Part shown: positions 8,233 through 17,926 of the stretch, piece by piece | Position numbering within the stretch: position 1 is the first letter of the stretch | Layout: every line of letters begins with the position of its first letter | Position numbers and translations under genes: made by a program | Notes under the pieces: model-generated | Databases searched by the model: none | What the model was told of the DNA's origin: nothing | The model's input: the letters and a program-made list of their open reading frames with translations, nothing else | Assembly (NCBI GenBank): GCA_963847445.1 | Contig: CAWJZV010000013.1 | Span: 1 to 27,054, forward strand | Length of the DNA: 27,054 nt | Direction of reading: 5' to 3' | Source: an uncultured delta proteobacterium | GTDB lineage: Bacteria; Desulfobacterota; Binatia; UBA9968

Positions 8233-9136
8233 ATGGCAAACCTAGTCGGCTGCGTGGCCATGTCCCACGCCCCACAATTGATGCTCGACCCGAGCCACTG
8301 GCATTTGTTGCAGAACCGCAAGGCGGAGAATCTGCCCGACAAACCGGCACTGGCGGGCGAGACCGACGAAGTCAAATGGACCAAGTGGAAGAGGCTGCAT
8401 GAGCGCCATCGAACAGCTCCGGCAAAAAGTCGCGGCGCTCAAGCCCGATGTCTTGATCGTCGTCGGCGACGACCAGCATGAGAACTTGGTCGACGACAAC
8501 ATGCCGCCGTTCACGATTTTCATGGGCGCCGACGCCGAAGCGAGTCTCAGCCTGCGCTACTTGAACCAGGCCAAGTCGGAGAACCGCACCAAGTACACCA
8601 TCGATGCGAAGATGGCCGAAGCCTTAATTACCGGTCTCATGGACCAGGGCTTCGATCCATCCTATTCGAAGAAGACCCGCTACGACGGCGGCCTCGGCCA
8701 CGCCTTCGCCCGGGTGCTCAAATTTCTCATTCCCAACAACGATTGCCGGGTGATTCCGGTGATGGTCAACACCTATTATCCGCCGGCGCCGTCAGCCAAA
8801 CGCTGCGTCCAGTTCGGCCAGACTCTGGCGGCATTGATTCGCCAATTTCCCAGCAACGACCGGGTAGTCCTCGCCGCTTCCGGCGGCCTGAGCCACACGA
8901 AAATCGACGAGCCGCTGGACGCCGGCTTTATCAAAGCGTTGCAGTCTAACGACATCGCTTACATGGCCGCCATGCCGTCGGCGCTATTCCGCGAAGGCAC
9001 GTCGGAGATTTTAAACTGGATCGTCATCGCCGGCGCGGCCAATCAGCAAGGCCACATGGTCGAGTACCAGCCACTCTACCGCACCAAGACCGGCGTCGGC
9101 TGCGCCATGGGCTTCGCCTACTGGGATTTGAACTAA
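8233..9136 (+). CDS. Class III extradiol ring-cleavage dioxygenase, LigB/MhpB-like (frameshift near 8392)
   Basis: MSHAP, PDVLIVVGDDQ, GHAF, PVMVNTYYPP, ASGGLSH and GTSEILNW motifs across two frames. Confidence 0.88.
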
Positions 9137-9294
9137 TGGATATTCAGGTTTTCTTGTAAACCAAGAATCGGAGATTGCACCGCAGAGGCGCCGAGTACGG
9201 GGAGGAAAGAGTTTTTGAGAAAGCATTACTCCAAACTGTGCGAGCTCTGTGCCTCCGTGGCGAACACTTCTTCACACGACAACCCGAAGAACCA
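9137..9294. mobile_element. MITE-like element with imperfect TIRs and an internal CGCAGAG-type inverted pair
   Basis: TGGATATTCAGGTTTTCTTGT matches the reverse complement of ACACGACAACCCGAAGAACCA at 16/21; inner CACCGCAGAGGCGCCGAG / CTCTGTGCCTCCGTGGCG. Confidence 0.6.
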
Positions 9295-9503
9295 AGTAAA
9301 TTGAGATTTTCCAGCGGACGCTGCTGGCAACACCCTTACGCCCTTCCTCGCCGAAACGAGACTGTGCCGCAATGTCATTCCAGCCGCGTCCTCGTTACCG
9401 CTTGAGAACGCAAGACGCCTTCTCTATCATTCTACCCAGCCGAGGCGAGGCGGAGTGAAAATTTCAGCTGACTTAAACTTTTAACAAGTTCGCGGGAGAA
9501 ACC

Positions 9504-9722
9504 ATGAAAATTACAATCGATCGAACCAAATGCGACGGCTTTGCCAAGTGCGTCCAAGCTTCACCCAAAGTCTTCAGGTTGGACGCCAAAATGATCGCCG
9601 AAGTGATCGACGCCAAAGCCGACACTGACGAAAAAATATTGCTAACTGCGAAGATCTGCCCGACAAAGGCGATTGTCCTGGAGGAAGAAGAGACGGGCAA
9701 AAGAATTTTTCCGGTGGAATAG
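9504..9722 (+). CDS. Single-cluster ferredoxin ([3Fe-4S]-type)
   Basis: MKITIDRTKCDGFAKC...ICPTKAI (CxxFxxC...CP); GGGAGA RBS. Confidence 0.88.
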   Translation: MKITIDRTKCDGFAKCVQASPKVFRLDAKMIAEVIDAKADTDEKILLTAKICPTKAIVLEEEETGKRIFPVE

Positions 9723-9754
9723 GCAGTTCGTCGTCTCGTCAACGATCAGGAAGT

Positions 9755-10540
9755 CTAGACCGACCCCCTGACTGCGTTAACCCTTGCGGCATACGATACA
9801 CCGCCGCGATCGTCTGACGGCAGGTTCGCTCTTACGATCCGCTTGATCTGCTGCCGTTCGCCTTCGTCCAGAGCTTTGACCGCGGTCGCGACGGGGGACG
9901 AAAAGCCAGTATTCGCGTTCCAGTAATCATCGAAATCGGCATAGGAAATTTGAATGTCGATCGGCTGGGTCACTACTTCCGTTAGGCCGACGGACTCGAA
10001 CAGGAGTTTAAGTTTCTCGAGGGTAGTGCTTTCAGCATTTAATGCAGCATCAGTGTTGCCGCCCGTGACTTGCATGAGCGCCAAGCTCAAATGCTGACTA
10101 TTCCCACGTCGGCCGGCGAAATCCCAAACGTAGGCTGCCACAGTACCGCCAGGCCGCACTACACGCCGCATCTCTGCAACCGCTTTTTCCCGATCCGGTA
10201 TGAAGTTTAGTACCAATGCGGAGACAGCGACATCAAAATGCTCGTTGCCAAAAGGCAGAGAACGCCCGTCTAAGACTTGAAATTTCACCTCTGGAGTCCA
10301 ATGTCGCGATTGTGCATACGCCACCTGGGTTGCCGCCGGATCTATCGCAACAATCTCAGCTGGGAAACATCTTTGCAGAATCGTTTCGGTAAAAGCGCCC
10401 GTTCCGCACCCCACGTCTAACCATTTCAGGCCGCTCGAAAGCGACAACCAGTCCAGAAAGAAATCCCCTGCAGCCCGGCTCCACTGGCCCATGAATTTTT
10501 CATAACCTTCGCCGTCAAGGAAAAAGTTCTCCGACGCCAT
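9755..10540 (-). CDS. Class I SAM-dependent methyltransferase
   Basis: WLDVGCGTG motif I, LPF..FDVAVS, EMRRVVRPGG; GGAGGG RBS. Confidence 0.92.
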   Translation of the reverse strand: MASENFFLDGEGYEKFMGQWSRAAGDFFLDWLSLSSGLKWLDVGCGTGAFTETILQRCFPAEIVAIDPAATQVAYAQSRHWTPEVKFQVLDGRSLPFGNEHFDVAVSALVLNFIPDREKAVAEMRRVVRPGGTVAAYVWDFAGRRGNSQHLSLALMQVTGGNTDAALNAESTTLEKLKLLFESVGLTEVVTQPIDIQISYADFDDYWNANTGFSSPVATAVKALDEGERQQIKRIVRANLPSDDRGGVSYAARVNAVRGSV

Positions 10541-10591
10541 ATTCCCTCCTATTTTTCTCCGTGAGCCTTCAGCGTTTGGCCAAATCTCCCT

Positions 10592-10773
10592 CTAGTGTCC
10601 TGGTCGATAAATACGCTTATGAAATGCTCGGTACTTCCCCCTTTGAAAAAGGGGAATACAGGGGGATTTGAATCTATTGCGCATAAGGAAATCCCCCTTC
10701 CCCCCTTTTCAAAGGGGGTTCATTCTCGTCAATGCTTGGTCATATTCATCGAACTTCTGGGTCAGGACACTAG
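10592..10773. mobile_element. MITE with IS630-like ends enclosing a CCCCCTTT..AAAGGGG REP-like inverted doublet
   Basis: CTAGTGTCCTG (10592-10602) ... CAGGACACTAG (10763-10773) perfect 11-bp IR; inner palindromes at 10636-10669 and 10689-10718. Confidence 0.75.
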
Positions 10774-10940
10774 CGCTTCAATTGCCTTTCAGTATGCAGT
10801 TGGGCGGGAGCCCGGTTTTGCGCGCTTTTTCATCCGGTAGATCGAAACGCTTGAGATTGGTCTGTGCCACCGACTCATAACCGATGTGCAGGTCCATCTG
10901 CGCGCGCGCATCGAATTAGCAAGCAGACCTCGCCCTTGGA

Positions 10941-11976
10941 TTATCTCCCTTTATTAAAAATCTCATCGAAGCGCGCCACGGTGTCATTGAAATTCTCGAT
11001 CATCCCTTCGGGACGCGCCGGATAAAGATTCAGCCCTTTGGTCAGGCTCGGCGGATCAGGCGCAACATCATTGCGCGCCGGGATGCGCCGCAGGCCGCGC
11101 AAGAGACTCTGCCCTTCCTTGGATAAGACGTAATCGACAAATAGCCGCGCCGCGTTGGGATGCGGCGCTCGGTCGGGGATCCCAATCGCGTTGATGGCGG
11201 TGATCGTCGGCCCTTTGAAGCGCACCCAATCGATCGGCGCGCCGGTCGCCTTCATGCGCTCGACGCGATTGGAATAAACCACCGTGGCGAGCGCCGACTC
11301 GCCGGCCGCGACCAGCTGCGCCAACAAAGTGTGGCCTTTGCGCATTTGCAAATTTTGTCCGGCAAACTTTCTCATGAAGTCGAGCCCTTTGTCCCGCCCC
11401 ATGATTTGCACTAGGTGGTAAAACCACTGGTACTCCTCGGTCTCTAAGCTAATCAGTCCCTTCCATCTTGGGTTCAACAAATCTTCGTAGCTCGCTGGCG
11501 CATCCTTGGGCGCCACCATGCGGCTGTTGTAGCCGATCACGTAGGGGATTTGGTAGAACGCAGTCCAATAGCCCTGCGCATCTTTGAAACCGTCGGCGTA
11601 GGCCGGCGCTTCCTCGGAAACATAACGCGCCAGCATGGCGGCGTTCTTGAGCTGATAAACTTGCACGATGCTGGTCTGAAAAATATCGGCCAAATGCGTG
11701 TTGGCGCGATGCTCGACCATGAAACGCGCCTGGACCTTCTCGCCGCTGGAGCGAAAAATTTCCGCCTTGATGAAGGGATACTTCTTGGCGAACTCTTTGG
11801 TGAACAGACTCGATTCTTCGGTCTCCATACCGGTGTATAGAACCAGCCGTCCTTCTTTTTTTGCGCCTTCGAGAATTTTTTCCCGGTCCGCAAGCAGCGC
11901 CATGGATCGGCTTCGTCGGCAAGGTCGCAACCCAGACGGCAACGATAAGCAGCAAGTAGATTCTGCGCAGGTTCAT
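10941..11976 (-). CDS. Extracellular solute-binding protein, Fe3+/thiamine-type ABC family (frameshift near 11900)
   Basis: Signal peptide MNLRRIYLLLIVAVW in one frame, then GAKKEGRLVLYT...YNSRMV..P.SYEDLLNPRWKG...APHPNAARLFVDYVLSKEGQ. Confidence 0.9.
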
Positions 11977-12009
11977 CGCTAATCCTTTCGCCATTCGCAC
12001 TTTGGCCAC

Positions 12010-12100
12010 AGCATAGCGCCAATGCACCGGCTCTTGTCAACATTCCTACCGAGGGGATGCGCACCCTAACTTGACAATCCGGCGCGGACTCTCCTATCGT
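12010..12100. promoter_or_regulatory. Divergent sigma70-like promoters
   Basis: Plus strand TTGACA(12071)-18 nt-TATCGT; minus strand TTGACA(12040)-19 nt-TATGCT, between divergent genes. Spacers are non-optimal. Confidence 0.45.
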
Positions 12101-12186
12101 CGGCTAACGATATTTTTATGCTTTACACAGCCGAACGGGGGCAGCCTTTGCGATCTGCGGCGACATCATGCCGTCGCGGCGAGGCG

Positions 12187-12256
12187 CGGTTTTTCGCGCG
12201 CACGCGGAAATCCAGGCCCCTTATCCACCTGGATACCGTTTTTCAACGGTATGACG
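12187..12256. repeat. CGTC-type REP doublet (left unit degenerate)
   Basis: 12229-12256 reverse complement CGTCATACCGTTGAAAAACGGTATCCAG; degenerate partner ending CGCGCACGCGGAAATCCAG at 12187-12215. Confidence 0.75.
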
Positions 12257-12368
12257 GACACAGTCGGTCGCCCTGGAGGACCGCCGGCGCGGCGATGACG
12301 CAATTTCACTGCGGCTAAATGCGAGGGATTTCAACCGTTGCCGAAAGGGAATAAAAGGAGCGAATCTC

Positions 12369-13541
12369 ATGCCGGATTTCAAGCTCATTTCCGCCGATAG
12401 TCATGTCAACGAACCGCCCGCGGCCTGGGAGCGGGTGCAAAAAGAGTACGGCGAGCGCGCCCCGAAAGTCGTCCGCGATCCGGCTGGCAAGCCGAAGGGA
12501 GTCTGGCTCATCATCGACGGCCTGCCGCCGGTCGGACTGTCGCACTATTCCAAAGGCTTGGCCGTCGGCAAGAACCGCGGCATCAGTGAAGTCGAGCAGG
12601 AAAAGCATTTCGCGACCATTCGCTTCAACGAAACCTTTCGCTACGAGGATTACCGCGGCGGCTGGGAGCCCGGCGCGCGACTGCAAGATCAGGACGCCGA
12701 CGGCGTCGAGGCCGAGGTGCTGTTTTCCAGCGCAGTGCGCCAGCTCTACAGCATCGTCGACGAACCGTTTCAGCGGGCGATCTTTCACTCCTACAACGCA
12801 TGGCTGCACGAGTTCTGTAGTGGCCATCCGAACCGGCTGCTCGGTCTCGCGCTGCTGCCGATCTTGGACATGGAACACACCGTGGCGGATATTTATCACT
12901 ACGCCAAGTTGGGTTTTCGCGGCGTGCAGATTCCGACGCGGATCAAAGACAGCGGTTATTACGAACCGAAATACCAGCCCATGTGGCGGGCCCTCGAAGA
13001 GACCGGCATGATCGTCAACGTCCATACCAGCGTCACCCAGGGCGTCGCGCGCACTCACTATGAAGGGCCGCGGGAACAAGACCCGGTCAAAGAGCCCATC
13101 GGTTTCGCCCGCAAACAGGTGCCGGCCCAACAGTTCATCGGCAATATGATTTTGTCGGGCAACTTCGACCGTCACCCGAAGCTAAGAGTGGTCTGCGCCG
13201 AGTTCGATATCGGCTGGGTGGCCAACATGGTCCAGCAGGTCGACTACTGGTTCGGCCGCGCCAGTACCTTCGACGCCGACCGTAACTTGAATCAACGCCC
13301 GCCCAGCGAATATTTTAAATCGAATATCTTCTTCACCTACCAAGACGATCGCGCCGGCGTGCTGACGACTCCGGTTTACGGCGAAAATAATTATCTCTGG
13401 GCCAGCGACTATCCCCATGGCGTGACCACCTGGCCGTTCTCGAAAGAGGCCGTCGATCGCAACTGCGAAGGCATCGACCCGACAATCAAACGCAAACTCG
13501 GCCGGGACAACGCAGCGATACTCTACCGCTTGCCGGTATAA
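12369..13541 (+). CDS. Amidohydrolase family protein (Amidohydro_2)
   Basis: ISADSHVNEP, DQDADGVEAEVLF, YNAWLHEFC, VNVH, AEFDIGW, WASDYPH; AAAGGAG RBS. Confidence 0.93.
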   Translation: MPDFKLISADSHVNEPPAAWERVQKEYGERAPKVVRDPAGKPKGVWLIIDGLPPVGLSHYSKGLAVGKNRGISEVEQEKHFATIRFNETFRYEDYRGGWEPGARLQDQDADGVEAEVLFSSAVRQLYSIVDEPFQRAIFHSYNAWLHEFCSGHPNRLLGLALLPILDMEHTVADIYHYAKLGFRGVQIPTRIKDSGYYEPKYQPMWRALEETGMIVNVHTSVTQGVARTHYEGPREQDPVKEPIGFARKQVPAQQFIGNMILSGNFDRHPKLRVVCAEFDIGWVANMVQQVDYWFGRASTFDADRNLNQRPPSEYFKSNIFFTYQDDRAGVLTTPVYGENNYLWASDYPHGVTTWPFSKEAVDRNCEGIDPTIKRKLGRDNAAILYRLPV

Positions 13542-13616
13542 TTAAGGAAAGCCGACGGAAAGTAAAATAGCGCGCTAGCGAGGCAATAACCGTTAGTCGC
13601 AACCCTGCCAATCCGC

Positions 13617-14168
13617 TCATTTCTCCTCGCGCTTGTCGCGCACGAGTTGGATCTCTTCCAAACAGCCCGCGCACATATAGGCCGCGTGCGGCAAGAAAAT
13701 CAGTTCATCGGTCTCGCGCGCTTCCATACAGATGCCGCAGAGCCGCTCTTCCGCCACTCCGGCAGCGGCTTTCAACTTTGTTTCCGACTCCTCGACATTT
13801 TCTTTGGTGAGAATTTCGTCGCAGCTGCGGACGCATTCGTTGCAAATATGGACGGATGGGCCGGCGATCAGCTTGCCCACTTCATTTTGGTTTTTGCCGC
13901 AAAACGAACAGGTCAGCAGCTTGTGATCGTCGGCAAACTGGGGAATCTGCGACTCCCATTTGTCGCCAAAGGCGTGCGTCAGCGTCTCTTCCAACGTCGA
14001 ACCGATTTGAAACAACTGCCGGGCGATCTCGCTGCGCTTCGGCGTCGTCTTGGAATCGAGAAAGTTCGCCACCGCCTGCTGAAAGATTTTTAGTGCCGCG
14101 CCATACTTCTGCCCGTTGATCAGATCGGCGCACTCGACGAACCCGAAACCGCTTGTTTTTGTCGCCAT
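13617..14168 (-). CDS. Stand-alone ClpX C4-type zinc-finger protein with a second Cys4 motif
   Basis: [27 protein letters not shown] plus CGIC...CAGC; no AAA+ domain. Confidence 0.8.
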   Translation of the reverse strand: MATKTSGFGFVECADLINGQKYGAALKIFQQAVANFLDSKTTPKRSEIARQLFQIGSTLEETLTHAFGDKWESQIPQFADDHKLLTCSFCGKNQNEVGKLIAGPSVHICNECVRSCDEILTKENVEESETKLKAAAGVAEERLCGICMEARETDELIFLPHAAYMCAGCLEEIQLVRDKREEK

Positions 14169-14505
14169 GGCGAACCCCTTCCGCGTCCTGCGTTGCAATT
14201 GCGATCGGGACTAATCCCGGCACACGATCCACTCGACCGTAGCACAATTTCCGCGCGCGGACAGTAAGCCGGTCCGTCGGTGGGAAATATTTCAATCGGC
14301 CAGGAACGGAATGACCATGCCGTTGTGGAAGATTGATCGAACAACCGAGACATGAGGTTGCAACTTTCGCAGCGGCATCGAAGGCAAGAAAACAGCAGCG
14401 AGCGTTGACGGCCGAAAATAAAAATATAGCTGCGCAAACGATTCAGCAAGCCAGGACGCGCCGATCGAAAATGGCTCCCGGCGAGGTGTAAAGACGCGGG
14501 CCGAG

Positions 14506-14531
14506 AGGGCGGGTTTCAAACCCGCCCCTAC
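14506..14531 (-). repeat. GTAG-type REP
   Basis: Reverse complement GTAGGGGCGGGTTTGAAACCCGCCCT: GTAG tag followed by a GGGCGGGTTT/AAACCCGCCC hairpin. Confidence 0.8.
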
Positions 14532-14545
14532 AACTCCTGATTCTT

Positions 14546-14608
14546 TTTTGCGCCCTTTGCGTTCTTTGCGGCCATTCTGCGTTTCGGTTGCGGCTTCGCC
14601 GCCCTAGG
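14546..14608. repeat. CTTTGCG tandem repeat followed by a GCGGC-TTC-GCCGC hairpin (possible element end)
   Basis: ttttgcgccctttgcgttctttgcggcc ... ggttgcggcttcgccgccctagg. Confidence 0.45.
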
Positions 14609-14656
14609 GTGATTGACATTGGTTGCGTCGACAGACGTCCCCCTGCCGCCGCATCA

Positions 14657-15406
14657 TCAGAACATGTACGTCCCGCTGTTGATATTATACGACTGCCCGG
14701 TGATGAACTTCGCCGCGTCGCTGGCGAGGAAGACGATGGAGCCGGCGATGTCTTCGGGTTCGAGGATATGCGGCAGCGGTGTCGAACTCAGGCGCGCCAT
14801 CACTTCTTCTTCGGAGCGGTGTTGACGCGGCATGGAAGTATTGGCCGAACCGGGGCAGATCGCGTTGACGGTGATGCCGTCCGGTCCGACCTCGCGCGCC
14901 AGCGCTTTGACGAATCCCATCACCGCGGCTTTCGAGGCGGCGTAGTGGGAGAACTGGCGCATGCCGTAGTGGCCGATACCGGAGGCGAGAGAAATGATCC
15001 GGCCGCTTTTCTGCGCGCGCATGGCCGGGACGAACTCGCGGCAGCAGAGAAAATTGCTGCCGACGTTGATGTTGATCGTGCGATCCCAATCCTCCTCGGT
15101 CAGGTCGACCACCGCGGCCTTGGGGAAATAAATCCCCGCGACGTTGACCAATATATCGACGCGGCCGAAACGCTCAAACGTGCGGTTCGCCATGCGCTTG
15201 ACCGAACTCTCGTCGGCGACGTTGACTTCCAGCGCCAGCGCTTCCGCGCCCAACGCTATTAACTCGTTGGCCACCGACTGGGCTTTTTCCGCCTGCAAGT
15301 CGGCGACAATTAATTTCGCGCCTTCGCGTCCCATCATCAGCGCCGTCGCCCGGCCGATGCCCTGCGCTGCGCCGGTTACCACTGCGACTTTATCTTTGAG
15401 TTTCAT
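14657..15406 (-). CDS. SDR family oxidoreductase (FabG-like)
   Basis: MKLKDKVAVVTGAAQGIG, NVAG, YAASK, VNAICPG; start overlaps the upstream stop (ATGA). Confidence 0.93.
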   Translation of the reverse strand: MKLKDKVAVVTGAAQGIGRATALMMGREGAKLIVADLQAEKAQSVANELIALGAEALALEVNVADESSVKRMANRTFERFGRVDILVNVAGIYFPKAAVVDLTEEDWDRTININVGSNFLCCREFVPAMRAQKSGRIISLASGIGHYGMRQFSHYAASKAAVMGFVKALAREVGPDGITVNAICPGSANTSMPRQHRSEEEVMARLSSTPLPHILEPEDIAGSIVFLASDAAKFITGQSYNINSGTYMF

Positions 15407-16147
15407 GGCATCACCACCCCGCCGTTGACGTGAAAGGTTTGGCCGGTTATCGCCGCGCTCTCCGGCGTGGTTAGAAAATAGTACATCTCGGCCAAATCCT
15501 CCGGCAGCGCCGTGCGCCCGAGCGGGATCTGCGACCACCAGCGCTGTTTGCGCGCTTCGGGCGATTCCTTTTCCATCACCCGCGGCGTATCGGTCGGCCC
15601 CGGCGCCACCGTGTTCGCCAGCACGAGATCCGGCGCTAACTCCAACGCCAGCGATTTTGTAAAGGTAATGATGCCGGCCTTGGCCGCCGCGTAGGGCGTG
15701 CGCAAGGCCGAACCGGTGACGCCGTAATTCGACGCCGTGTTGATGATCCGGCCGCTTTTTTGTTGCTGCATGAGCGGCGCCACTTCGCGGCACATGAGAA
15801 ACGTGCCCTTCAAGTTGGCATCGATCACTTCCTGCCATTCCGCCCAGGTGAACTCTTCGATACGCTTGGTGTAAGCGCTGCCGCCGGCGATATTGGCGAG
15901 AATGTCAATCCGCCCATAGCGCTTGGAACACATCGGTGACCACGGCTTTCACTTCCCGCGCCACCGTCACATCGATCGCCCAGGCATCGGCCTTACCGCC
16001 GGCCGCGACGATGTCGCCTTTGACCCGCTCCGCCGCGCCGCCATCGTAATCGGCGATGCCGACGGTAATCCCCGCCGCCGCCATGCGCCGCGCCACCGCG
16101 CCGCCAATGCCGCCGCCCCCGCCGGTAATCAAGGCAACTTGAGTCAA
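15403..16147 (-). CDS. SDR family oxidoreductase (frameshift near 15925)
   Basis: TQVALITGGGGGIG in one frame; YGRIDILANIAG, YAAAK, VAPG, TFHVNGG in the next. Confidence 0.9.
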
Positions 16148-16148
16148 T

Positions 16149-17926
16149 TTAATCCTCCTGCAACGCCGTCCGATAAATGGCGTCGATCTGTAGCCGGTAG
16201 CGCGACGCGACCTGCTCGCGATTCACTTTGACTTTGTGAAAATGATTGATGCTTCTGACCTCGGCGGGAAACTCGCTCTGCATCACGGCGATCTGGCGAA
16301 TCCGCTCGTAGAATTCGAGCCGGCCGTTGACCCGCTCGATCTGCGGCCGACAATGCCGCGGCAATTTCAGCTTCCGACAAAGCTTGCTATATCACGATTG
16401 AGAGCTTCGGCAATCTTTTGGCGGTCGGGAAATATCAATGCCGCGATGAACGGCCGCTGGTCGCCGAGCAACACCGCCTGGCTGATGTACGGCTCGTTTT
16501 CCAATTGCAGCTCGATGAAACCGGGATAAATATTCGAGCCGTCCGAACAATTGAAAATATCTTTCTTGCGGCCGGTGATCTTGAGCGAACCGTCGGCTTC
16601 AATCACACCGATATCCCCAGTGCAGTACCAACCCTCCTCGTCGAACGCCTCGCGCGTCGCCTCGGGATTCTTGAAGTAGCCGGGCGACACCGTCGGACCG
16701 CGCACGAGAATTTCACCATCGGCGGCAATGCGGATCTGGACATTGGCGAACGGTTTGCCCAAATTGCCGGGGCGATTTTCGCCGATGCCGCAAAGCGTCA
16801 CACCGCCGCACTCGGTGGAGCCATAGGAACCGATCAGCGGCATACCGATCAGTTCGAAAAAGCGCATGATGCGCGGCGGCATGGCCGCGCCGCCGTAGGC
16901 GACATATTTGATCCGGCCGCCGAAGGCGCGCCGCACGTTCGCTTTGAGCTGTGCTTTGAGCTCATCGAAGCAGCGGCTGTCGGCGTCGCTCAAACCGCCG
17001 CTGGACCTCTTGTCATCGAGACGTTCGAGATTTCGCCAGCTTTCCTGATTGCCGTCTTGAGCCAATAGACAATCCCAAATCCGCTCCATGATCCGCGGCA
17101 CCACCGCCAACGCCGGTCGGCGAAAGCTGCTCGATCACCGCCAAATCCACTTTTGTCTCCGCCGCCTCGATGATCGCCGTGGTGCGGCCGGTAACCGCGC
17201 TTTTGAGAAAACCGAAACGACCGAACAAATGGTTCAAGCTCAGGATGTTGACGGTCAACTCGTCCGGGGCGCTCACCGTGATCGCCGCGCCATTGGTGAT
17301 ATTGGCGAGCAGATTGTCTTGGGTACGCATCACCCCTTTGGGTTCGCCAGTGGAACCGGAGGTGTACATGATCGTCGCCAAGTCGTTGCCCTGCACCGCT
17401 TGAGAGTCGCGCCGCCAAGCCGTCTGCGCCGGCACCGCGTTCGAGCAGCTGGTGAAAGTTGAGCGCATTGGCGATCCCGGCGCCGCTGTCGTCCATGCAC
17501 GATCAGCTGTTGCAAAGCCGGCAATTGCCCCTGGAGATTGAGCAGGCGGCCGGCAACCGCCGCGTTCTGGACAAAGGCGGCCCGGCACTGCGCATGGCCG
17601 AGCACTTTGACAAACATGACATCGGAAAGACTCGGGCGACGAGGACCACGTTGGGAAAACCGCCGGCGAGAGTCGCCAGGTCGGCGGCGAGCCAGGGCAA
17701 ACTATTTTCACCGATGATCGCGACGGTTTCACCCGGTGCGATACCGACAGCGCATAAGCCCAACAGCACCTGGCCGACCAGGGCGCCGAACTCGCGCCAG
17801 GAAATCTCTTCGAAACGATTCGCCGGTTTGCAACTTGATAAATGTCCGGTCGCCCAACTCGGCGACCCGTTGAAAAAAGATTTGGCCGACATGGCGGCTG
17901 CTGACAGTGGGAGTAGAGTCGGTCAT
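16149..17926 (-). CDS. AMP-dependent synthetase, long-chain acyl-CoA ligase-like (multiple frameshifts)
   Basis: [44 protein letters not shown] motifs; starts MTDSTPT at 17926. Confidence 0.88.

Noticed and set aside
14657-15838. 393-aa ORF as one long SDR
   Set aside because: The N-terminal 144 aa are an off-frame reading of the upstream SDR; the real start is ATG 15406.
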